Part shown: in pieces, positions 57,099-64,000 of the stretch
Layout: each line of letters starts with the position of its first letter
Numbering within the stretch: the first letter of the stretch is position 1
Assembly (NCBI GenBank): GCA_041674525.1
Contig: JBAYVN010000004.1
Location: 8,203 to 72,202 of the forward strand
DNA: 64,000 nucleotides
Origin: Dehalococcoidia bacterium
GTDB lineage: Bacteria > Chloroflexota > Dehalococcoidia > UBA2979
Direction: 5' to 3'
Made by a program: the position numbers and the translations under genes
Notes under the pieces: generated by a model
The model's database searches: none
Told to the model about the DNA's origin: nothing
The model's input: only the letters and a program-made list of their open reading frames with translations

Positions 57099-57778
57099 CC
57101 GGCGCGATCCCCGGGGCATTCCACGAGCACCTGGACACCGCCACCGCGGAGACGTGGGAGGCGATCTACGCCCTGCCCTTCCTCCAGAGCCTGGCCGCCG
57201 GGACGCTCGAAGAGTCGCGCTTCGCCTTCTTCATCTCACAGGACATCCACTACCTCGACGCGTTCTCCGACGTGCTGCGGCGCGCCGCGGCGCTCGCGGG
57301 CGACGAGAAGACACGCGCATTCCTCGCGGGGCGCGCGGAGAGCGTGCTGCGCGTGGAGCAGACGCTGCACGGCACGTTCGCGCCGCGGCTGTGCCTCGAC
57401 GTCGCGGCGGTGCGATCGGCGGAGCCGGCGCCGGTCACGCTCGCCTACATCGACCACATGCGGGGCGTCGCCGCACACGGCACGCTGGGGGAGGTGATCG
57501 CGGCAGTGCTGCCATGCTACTGGGTGTACCGCCGCGTGGGCCTGCGCCTCGCGCCGTCGCCCCCACCGCACGACCTCTACGCGACGTGGGTGGGCGCCTA
57601 CGCCGCGGCCGAGTTCGGCGCTGCGGTGGACCGCCAGATCGCGCTCGTCGACGCCCTCGCCTCGCGGGCGAGCGACGAGGAGCGCGCCCGCATGCAGCGC
57701 TGGTTCCATCGATCCCTGCGCTACGAGTGGATGTTCTGGGACCAGGCGGACCGCCGCGCGGCGTGGCCGGTGCCGTGA
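57095..57778 (+). CDS. tenA: TenA family aminopyrimidine aminohydrolase (thiaminase II)
   Basis: TenA/PqqC-like helical protein (FHEHL..TWEAIYALPFLQSLAAGTLEESRFAFFISQDIHYL..CYWVY). GTG start overlaps the thiZ stop. Confidence 0.85.
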   Translation: MTGAIPGAFHEHLDTATAETWEAIYALPFLQSLAAGTLEESRFAFFISQDIHYLDAFSDVLRRAAALAGDEKTRAFLAGRAESVLRVEQTLHGTFAPRLCLDVAAVRSAEPAPVTLAYIDHMRGVAAHGTLGEVIAAVLPCYWVYRRVGLRLAPSPPPHDLYATWVGAYAAAEFGAAVDRQIALVDALASRASDEERARMQRWFHRSLRYEWMFWDQADRRAAWPVP

Positions 57779-57909
57779 CGCCGCGGTGGACGGGAGCACG
57801 CCCGGCCGGTAACGTTCACGCAGCCGCTGGCGGGCGGTGCGGTGGAGGCGTCGACGTCTAGATGCCCGCGTACGTCTCCCGGCTGCGCGCGCGGTTCCTC
57901 CCGCCACCC

Positions 57910-58947
57910 ATGCCGGCCGGCGTCCCGGCCACCCTCCTGCTCCTCGTCGTCATTCCGCTGCTCGCCGCCTGCAACGGCCGGGTCTCCGCGACCGAGGTCC
58001 GCGCCAACGGCAGCGCGATCGGCGCGTCCGGAGCCTCATCCGGTGTACCGGGATCCGCGCCGGCGGTGGCGGTGCCAGCCGCCCGCAAGACCTCGCCGAT
58101 CGTGCCGCCCCCGTCGGGCACTCCGCCGAAGCAGCCCCTCCCGGTCCCGGCGCCGGCGATCGCCGCACGCGCCGCGGTCGTCATCGACGACGCGACAGGG
58201 GCCGTGCTCTACGACTACAACGGCCGCACGCGCGTGCCGCCGGCGAGCCTGACGAAGATCGCGACCGCCGCCCTGGCGATCGACCGGGGGAAGCTCGACG
58301 ACTGGGTGACGGTCGACTACGACTTCACGGACCCGACGCTGAACGACGCGACGGAGATGGGGCTGGAGCGCGGGGACCGCTTCCGCCTGCGCGATCTGAT
58401 CTACGGGATGCTGCTCCCCTCCGGCGCCGACGCCTCGATCGCGATCGCGCACGCGATCTCCGGATCCGAGGAGGCGTTCGTGCGGGACATGAACACCTTC
58501 ATGGAAAGCCTGGGCCTGTACGACACGCACTTCATCGACCCGCACGGTGTCGGCGGCGCGGCGCATGTCTCCACGGCGTACGACCTCGCGATGCTCTCCC
58601 GCTACGCCATGCGCCAGCCACTGTTCGCGGACGCCGTCCGCGCCGAGGCGTACCGGGCGACCGGCTCGCGCACGATCGAGGTGTACAACACCAACCCGTG
58701 GGCCTTCGGATACCCGGGGGGCGACGGCGTGAAGAGCGGGTACACCGAGGAGGCCGGGCCGACCCTGTCCGCATCGGCGACGCGCAACGGGCACCGCGTG
58801 ATCGTCGTCGTGCTCAACTCCGCGCGGCGGAACCAGGACACCACGGCGCTCATGGACTGGGCGTTCCAGACCTTCTGCTGGAGCGACGGATCGCCGGGCT
58901 GCAGCCCGGGCTCGCAGGCGATCCCGCGCTCGACGCCCGCGCGCTAG
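57910..58947 (+). CDS. D-alanyl-D-alanine carboxypeptidase (S11) lipoprotein, second paralog
   Basis: Lipobox LLAACNG. SxxK ASLTKIAT, SGAD, KSGYT. Confidence 0.8.
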   Translation: MPAGVPATLLLLVVIPLLAACNGRVSATEVRANGSAIGASGASSGVPGSAPAVAVPAARKTSPIVPPPSGTPPKQPLPVPAPAIAARAAVVIDDATGAVLYDYNGRTRVPPASLTKIATAALAIDRGKLDDWVTVDYDFTDPTLNDATEMGLERGDRFRLRDLIYGMLLPSGADASIAIAHAISGSEEAFVRDMNTFMESLGLYDTHFIDPHGVGGAAHVSTAYDLAMLSRYAMRQPLFADAVRAEAYRATGSRTIEVYNTNPWAFGYPGGDGVKSGYTEEAGPTLSASATRNGHRVIVVVLNSARRNQDTTALMDWAFQTFCWSDGSPGCSPGSQAIPRSTPAR

Positions 58948-58960
58948 CCTCGAGGGCGGA

Positions 58961-60187
58961 TCACAGCGCGAGCACCGCCCCGCCGGCGGCGGCGACGACC
59001 ACCACCAGCCACGGCGGCACGCGCCACACCGCGAGCATGCCCAGGCAGACGACCGCCAGCGCGAAATCGCGCGGTCCGAGGATGGCGCTGGTCCACACGG
59101 GGACGTACAGCGCGGCGAGCAGGATGCCGACCACCGCCGCGCCCATCCCTCGCAGGGCGGCCTGGAAGACGCCGATGGTGCGGATGCGATCCCAGAACGG
59201 CAGCACGCCCCAGACGAGCAGGAACGACGGCGCAAAGATCGAGGTCAGCGCCAGCGCGCCGCCGATCCAGCCGTTGGGTGATGGGATCTGCGCGGCGCCG
59301 AGGAACGCGGCGAACGTGAAGAGCGGCCCCGGCACAGCCTGCGCGGCCCCGTAGCCCGCGATGAAGCGGTCGGCGGTCACCCAGCCGTTAGGCACCACCT
59401 CCGACTGGAGCAGCGGCAGCACCACGTGCCCGCCACCGAAGACCAGTGACCCCACCCGGTAGTTCACGTCGAACATCGCCAGCGCCTGCGACGGCACCAG
59501 GCTGCGCGCGACCGGCAACAGGGCGAGCAGCGCGAAGAACAGCGCCAGCATCACGGCGCCGGCGCGGCGGCCGCTCTTCGGCAGGTCGTCGCGCGCGACG
59601 CCCTCCAGGCCGCCGGGGACGCCCAGGAGACGCCACCCGGCGATCCCTCCCGCGGCGATCACAGCGATCTGCGCCAGCGCGGACGGCGCGGCGAGCAGCA
59701 CGCACGCGGCGCCGATGGCGATCGCGGCGCGCACGCGTCCGGCGGCGAGGCCGGGCGCCATGCCCCACAGCGCGTTGGCCACCACGGCAACGGCAGCGAC
59801 CTTCAGCCCGTGCAGCCAGCCCGCGTCTGTGACGTCGAACGCCGCGAGCCCGTAGGCGAAGAGCACCATCGCGATCGCCGAGGGGAGCGTGAAGCCGATC
59901 CACGCCATCAGCCCGCCCGGCCAGCCGGCGCGCATGGTCCCAATGGCGATGCCGATCTGGCTGCTGGCGGGCCCCGGGAGGAACTGGCAGAGCGCCACCA
60001 GGTCCGCGTACGCGGCATCGTCCAGCCAGCGGCGGCGGCGCACGTACTCCTCGCGGTAGTAGCCGAGGTGCGCCACGGGCCCTCCGAAGGAGGTCAGGCC
60101 CAGGCGCAGCGAGATCAGCAGCACCTCCAGCGCCGATCCTCGCGGGAACGGGCGGCCGTGCGGCTCGGGCGAATCGATGACGGCCAT
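58961..60187 (-). CDS. chrA: Chromate efflux transporter ChrA (two CHR domains)
   Basis: GLTSFGGPVAHLGYYREEYVRRRRWLDDAAYADLVALCQFLPGPASSQ in the first half; a repeated CHR domain in the second half. Confidence 0.85.
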   Translation of the reverse strand: MAVIDSPEPHGRPFPRGSALEVLLISLRLGLTSFGGPVAHLGYYREEYVRRRRWLDDAAYADLVALCQFLPGPASSQIGIAIGTMRAGWPGGLMAWIGFTLPSAIAMVLFAYGLAAFDVTDAGWLHGLKVAAVAVVANALWGMAPGLAAGRVRAAIAIGAACVLLAAPSALAQIAVIAAGGIAGWRLLGVPGGLEGVARDDLPKSGRRAGAVMLALFFALLALLPVARSLVPSQALAMFDVNYRVGSLVFGGGHVVLPLLQSEVVPNGWVTADRFIAGYGAAQAVPGPLFTFAAFLGAAQIPSPNGWIGGALALTSIFAPSFLLVWGVLPFWDRIRTIGVFQAALRGMGAAVVGILLAALYVPVWTSAILGPRDFALAVVCLGMLAVWRVPPWLVVVVAAAGGAVLAL

Positions 60188-60223
60188 GGCGCCTCGGACG
60201 TTCGGGTGGGGGGGCTCGCGGGG

Positions 60224-60844
60224 CTAGTAGTCGATGCCCGGCTGTGCCTTCACGCCGGTCTGGAAGACATGCTTCAGCTCGCGCATCTCCGTCACGGTGT
60301 CCGCGAACTCGATGAGCGCCGGGTCGGCGTCCCGCCCGGTCATGATGATGTCCACGTTCTCGGGGCGGTCGCGGAGCGTCTGCACGACCTCCTCGACGGC
60401 CAGCCAGCCATAGGTGATCGGGTAGGTGATCTCGTCCAGCACGATCAGGTCGTACTCGCCGGACATGATCTTCTCGCGCGCCAGGTCCCACGCCTCCTGC
60501 GCCAGGGCGATGTCATGCTCGATGTTCTCGGACAGCCAGGTGAAGCCGTCGCCGAGGGCGAGCATCTGGATGCCCATGCGCTCGGCGGCATAGGTCTCGC
60601 CGTAATGCGATCCCTTGCTCTTGATGAACTGCAGCCAGCAGATCGTCCAGCCTCGACCCCACGCGCGCATGGTGACGCCGAGAGCGGCACTCGTCTTGCC
60701 CTTGCCGTTGCCGGTGTTCAGCAGGACCAGGGGATGCTTCTTGGGGAAGAGGCCCTTCCACTTGCCCACCGGCTGCTCAACGGGGCCGTGCTTGCGCAGC
60801 TCCTCGTCCAGCTCACCGTCCTCGAACTTCTCGTCGGTCGCCAT
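60224..60844 (-). CDS. Cob(I)yrinic acid a,c-diamide adenosyltransferase (CobO/BtuR/CobA-type)
   Basis: P-loop NTGNGKGKTSAALGVTMRAWG, DLIVLDEITYPI, DIIMTGRDA. Confidence 0.85.
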   Translation of the reverse strand: MATDEKFEDGELDEELRKHGPVEQPVGKWKGLFPKKHPLVLLNTGNGKGKTSAALGVTMRAWGRGWTICWLQFIKSKGSHYGETYAAERMGIQMLALGDGFTWLSENIEHDIALAQEAWDLAREKIMSGEYDLIVLDEITYPITYGWLAVEEVVQTLRDRPENVDIIMTGRDADPALIEFADTVTEMRELKHVFQTGVKAQPGIDY

Positions 60845-60934
60845 CGCGTCCTCGCCTCGCTGCGCCGCTGACGGGTCGAGGATACGGCATCCCGGTGGCA
60901 GGAGACCGGTGGCGGGAGAACCGGCAACCGGCGG

Positions 60935-61966
60935 CTAGAGCCACGCCACGCGTGCGGCGTCGATGCGCAGGGTCACCGCTGACCCGGGCCGCAGCGCGAG
61001 GGCTCGGAGCTCCGACACGGCGATCTCCGCCGCCAGCAGCGCCCCCACGTCGACGAGGATGCGCCCCTGTCCGAGGGCGCCCTGCACGGCCGTGACGGTG
61101 CCCGAGACGAACCCGGCCCCGGGCGCCCCGCCGCCGGGGGACACCTGCGCCGACCTCGGCGGGACCAGGCCCCACGTTGCCCGCTGCTCCACCGCCAGCA
61201 CTCGCGCGAGGAGCGCAGCGGGGAGCACCGAGTAGCCCAGGAAGCGCGCGACCTCCAGCGATGCGGGCTGGCGGAACACGTCCTCCACCGGTCCGAGCTG
61301 CGCCGGCACGCCGCCCACGAGGACGAAGGCGCGCTGCGCGAGCAGTTCCGCCTCGCTGTGGTCGTGGGTCGCCAGCAGTGCCGCCGTGCTCTCGCTCACC
61401 AGCAGGGACTGCACGTCGCCGACAAGCGTGGCACGCGTCGCGTAGTCCAGGCTCGCGAATGGCTCGTCCAGGAACAGCAGGCGCGGGCGCACGGCAAAGG
61501 CCCGCGCCAGGCTCACCCGCTGCGCCTCGCCGCCTGACAGCTGGTGCGGGCGCGAGGCGGCGAGGTGCGCCACGCCGAGCCGGTCCAGCCAGTGCATGGC
61601 GCGCTCCCGCCGGTCGGCGCGGGGCGTGCCGTGCAGCCCGAGGGCGACCTCCACGTTCTCGCGCGCGGACATGTCCAGCAGCGCCGCGTCCTGGAAGACG
61701 GTGGCCGTCTCCCGCCGGAGCGCGGTGCGCCCGGCCTCCGCTCCCAGGCGCCCGAAGAGCCGCACCTCGCCGGCCGCGGGCTCCAGGAGCAGGGCCCCCG
61801 TGAGCAGCAGCGTGGACTTGCCCGAGCCGTTGGGGCCGAGCACCGCCAGCGTCTCCCCGGCGGCGACCTCCAGCGCGCGGACGTGGAGCACCTCGCGGCG
61901 GCCGCGGACCACGCGCACGTCGCGCAGCTCGAGGGCAGCGGCGGGGGACTGCGGTACGCCGCTCAT
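60935..61966 (-). CDS. ABC transporter ATP-binding protein with C-terminal TOBE-like domain (molybdate/tungstate ModC/TupC-type)
   Basis: Walker A GPNGSGKST, LSGGEAQRVSLARA, LLFLDEPFASLD. Confidence 0.8.
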   Translation of the reverse strand: MSGVPQSPAAALELRDVRVVRGRREVLHVRALEVAAGETLAVLGPNGSGKSTLLLTGALLLEPAAGEVRLFGRLGAEAGRTALRRETATVFQDAALLDMSARENVEVALGLHGTPRADRRERAMHWLDRLGVAHLAASRPHQLSGGEAQRVSLARAFAVRPRLLFLDEPFASLDYATRATLVGDVQSLLVSESTAALLATHDHSEAELLAQRAFVLVGGVPAQLGPVEDVFRQPASLEVARFLGYSVLPAALLARVLAVEQRATWGLVPPRSAQVSPGGGAPGAGFVSGTVTAVQGALGQGRILVDVGALLAAEIAVSELRALALRPGSAVTLRIDAARVAWL

Positions 61967-62661
61967 CGTCGCTGCGAGCGCTGCTGGACGATGGTGAGCG
62001 CGAACGCAATGGCCAGCACGAGCGTGAGCAGGATGATCCCCAGCGCCATGGCCGTGCCCATGCGGCCGCGGCTGACCTCCAGCACGGCCGCCGTCGTCAG
62101 CACGCGGGTCTCACCGGACAGGTTGCCGCCCACCATCATCGAGGCGCCGACCTCCGAGATGACGGACCCGAAGCCCGCCATCAGCGCCACCAGCAGCGGA
62201 AGGCGCGCCTCGCGCGCGACGAGCCAGAGGTACTCGACGGTCCCCGCACCCATCGCGCGGATCTGGAGGTGAAGGGAGGGCGGCAGCGCCATCACGGCGC
62301 CCGCGGTCACGGCGGCGATCACGGGCATGGCGATCAGGAACTGCGCGAGCACCATCGCCGTCGGCGTGTAGATCAGGTGCAGCGCACCGAAGGGCCCGGA
62401 GCGCCAGAGCAGGATGCTCACGAAGAGGCCCGCCACCACCGGCGGCATCCCGGTCCCGGCGTTTGCCAGGGCGACCAGCCAGCGCTGCCCGGGGAACCGC
62501 GCGAGCGCCAGCGCCAGCCCGACGGGGAGCCCGACGAGCGCGGAGAGCGCCGTGGAGATTCCCGTGATGGCGCCGGTCCGCAGCGTGATCGAGTACACGT
62601 CACCGTCGCCGGTGACGAGGAGGCGCCACGCCTCCTGGAGGGCCTCCAGCAGCAGTCCCAT
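61963..62661 (-). CDS. ABC transporter permease (molybdate/tungstate-type, ModB/TupB-like)
   Basis: 5-6 TM permease. Start overlaps the downstream ATPase gene. Confidence 0.8.
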   Translation of the reverse strand: MGLLLEALQEAWRLLVTGDGDVYSITLRTGAITGISTALSALVGLPVGLALALARFPGQRWLVALANAGTGMPPVVAGLFVSILLWRSGPFGALHLIYTPTAMVLAQFLIAMPVIAAVTAGAVMALPPSLHLQIRAMGAGTVEYLWLVAREARLPLLVALMAGFGSVISEVGASMMVGGNLSGETRVLTTAAVLEVSRGRMGTAMALGIILLTLVLAIAFALTIVQQRSQRR

Positions 62662-62741
62662 GCCACCCTCCGCCGGCAGCGATGCGGGGCACCGTCAGGC
62701 GCCCGCCCGGGGCACCCCGGCCGGGCGCAACGCGATCGACG

Positions 62742-63641
62742 TTACTCGGTATACGGGTAGAAGAGGGCCTGCCCGTACTTTTCCTTGCCGAACGTGGAGA
62801 TGACGGCGAGCGCGTCCTTCGAGACCATGAAGGCCCGGAATTGCTCGGCGCCGGTCTTGTTGACGCTCGGGAACTTCGCGGGGTTCACGGGGATGACGTG
62901 GTAGACGTTGAACAGCGCCTTGTCGCCCTCCACGAGCACCGGCTGCTTCGTCTTGTCGGCGTTCGAGAGCCAGGTGGCGCGGTCGCTGAGGGTGTAGCCG
63001 TCCTTCTCGACGGCGACGGTGAGCGTGGGGCCCATGCCCTGGCCGGTTTCGTGGTACCACGCCTGGCCCTTCGGCACGTCGAGGCCCGCCCCCTTCCACA
63101 GCGCGAGCTCGGCGGCCTGGGTGCCGGAGTTGTCGCCGCGACCGTAGAAGGGCGCCTTTGCGGCGGCGATGGCCTTCATCGCGGCGGCGGCATCCTTCGT
63201 GCCCTTGATCTTCGCGGGGTCGGCGGCGGGACCGACGATGACGAAGTCGTTGTACATGACGCGCGTGCGGTTGATGCCCGCGCCTTCCTTCATGTACGCC
63301 TCCTCGGCGGCGGGGGAGTGCACCAGCAGCACGTCCGCGTTGCCCTTCCGCCCGAGGTCGAGGGCGGCGCCGGAGCCGACTGCGATCACCTTCACCTTGT
63401 CGCCGGTCTGCTTCTCGTACAGCGGCACCAGGACATCCAGGAGACCGCTATCCTGCGTGCTGGTGGTGGTCGCGAGGATCAACTCCTTGCCGCTACTCTT
63501 CACGGCGGTGGCGGTCGGCGAGGGTGTCGCGGCGGCAGCCGCGGGCGTCGCGGACGGCGCGGCCTGCGGTGCGGATGCACAGGCCGCGACCAGCAGCGCC
63601 GGGAAGACTGCGAACGAGACGATGAGCGAGCGCAGGCGCAT
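62742..63641 (-). CDS. Tungstate/molybdate-type ABC substrate-binding lipoprotein (TupA-like)
   Basis: Lipobox LLVAACAS; ILATTTSTQDSGLLDVLVP block. SD GGAGGA 8 nt upstream of the ATG at 63641. Confidence 0.75.
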   Translation of the reverse strand: MRLRSLIVSFAVFPALLVAACASAPQAAPSATPAAAAATPSPTATAVKSSGKELILATTTSTQDSGLLDVLVPLYEKQTGDKVKVIAVGSGAALDLGRKGNADVLLVHSPAAEEAYMKEGAGINRTRVMYNDFVIVGPAADPAKIKGTKDAAAAMKAIAAAKAPFYGRGDNSGTQAAELALWKGAGLDVPKGQAWYHETGQGMGPTLTVAVEKDGYTLSDRATWLSNADKTKQPVLVEGDKALFNVYHVIPVNPAKFPSVNKTGAEQFRAFMVSKDALAVISTFGKEKYGQALFYPYTE

Positions 63642-63834
63642 CGAGGATTCCTCCAGGGGCACCGGGGGCGGGCCGCCAGGGACGGGCGGCGCCCCGTCCA
63701 GCGCCTGTTCCGCCCGGCGTGTGTGCGGTCTTGCAGCGCCAGACAGCACGCTAGCACGCTGGCGTGCCCGGAGCCACGCCCGAACCACTGCTCGAACCTG
63801 CTCCGTGGATGAGGAATGAGCACCATGACCGACG

Positions 63835-64000
63835 TACTGCCCCGGAAACCCTCGCTCCGCGTGCGCTCGAAGGTCTGGATCGAGCGCGACGGCGAGGTGC
63901 TGATGAGCGAGTACCGCGCGCAGCTGCTGGAGGCGGTGGCCCGCGAGGGCTCCGTCGCGGCGGCGGCGGACTCGCTGGGCCTGCCGAACCGCACCGCGTG
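63835..64000 (+). CDS. ModE-like molybdenum-dependent transcriptional regulator, 3'-partial (N-terminal HTH only)
   Basis: LRVRSKVWIERDGEVLMSEYRAQLLEAVAREGSVAAAADSLGL matches the ModE N-terminal LysR-type HTH. Divergent from the ABC operon. Runs off the window end. Confidence 0.5.

Noticed and set aside
60845-60934. Possible cobalamin riboswitch (B12-box-like GGCAGGAGACCGG) near cobO
   Set aside because: The match is partial and only on the plus strand, while both flanking genes are on the minus strand. The segment is about 90 nt, far shorter than a cobalamin aptamer, and has no GCCACTG-type element in the correct orientation.

Overview
This 64-kb window is very high-GC (about 70% by eye) bacterial chromosomal DNA. 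Gene content points to an actinobacterial- or Chloroflexi-like lineage: an F420-type Ddn-family nitroreductase, a PAC2 family protein, a PhoU / SenX3-like / RegX3-like module, a DosS/DosR-like GAF-kinase with a LuxR-type regulator, and a Wzc-type BY-kinase. At this GC content every frame carries long spurious ORFs. I therefore called only ORFs whose translations show recognisable family motifs or balanced composition, and re-placed starts using overlapping stop/start pairs and Shine-Dalgarno-like sequences.

Called features, 5' to 3':
- A partial membrane (glycosyltransferase-like) gene, a dual-specificity phosphatase and a Wzc-like tyrosine kinase.
- Two Thr/Pro-rich surface proteins sharing an unusual C-terminal VPRPAxTGxG + transmembrane + Arg-tail signal. 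Between them lie a GH25 lysozyme, a 43-nt 5'-half copy of tRNA-Arg, a low-GC RibD/DHFR-family gene, and the intact tRNA-Arg(TCT).
- An ABM monooxygenase and a pirin.
- A Fur-family regulator translationally coupled to cbiMNQO (Ni/Co ECF transporter), with a 7-5-7 palindrome upstream.
- A cluster with no obvious pathway assignment: a standalone NuoF-like flavoprotein, an FmdB zinc-ribbon fusion protein, an orphan EutA-like reactivase ATPase, and a SAM methyltransferase with a His-rich tail. It diverges from an FAD oxidoreductase.
- An MFS exporter, alpha/beta hydrolases and the Ddn-family protein.
- A CoA-transferase family III / acyl-CoA dehydrogenase / CapA / aldo-keto reductase catabolic cluster that includes a tandem-fused double CoA-transferase.
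- An M14/AstE-like Tat-secreted protein.
- sir-cysD-cysN sulfate assimilation.
- phoU-senX3-regX3.
- The GAF histidine kinase plus LuxR-family regulator.
- Cell-wall enzymes: polysaccharide deacetylase, amidase and two DD-carboxypeptidases.
- PAC2.
- A TPP riboswitch driving thiD-thiE-thiO-thiS-thiG-tenI-thiYXZ-tenA.
- chrA, cobO, and a tungstate/molybdate-type ABC transporter with a divergent partial ModE-like regulator.

No CRISPR array, transposase or integrase is visible. Most promising for novelty are the shared non-canonical surface-sorting signal, the orphan EutA/FmdB-fusion/NuoF-like/His-rich module next to the Ni/Co transporter, and the tRNA-half direct repeats flanking a low-GC islet.
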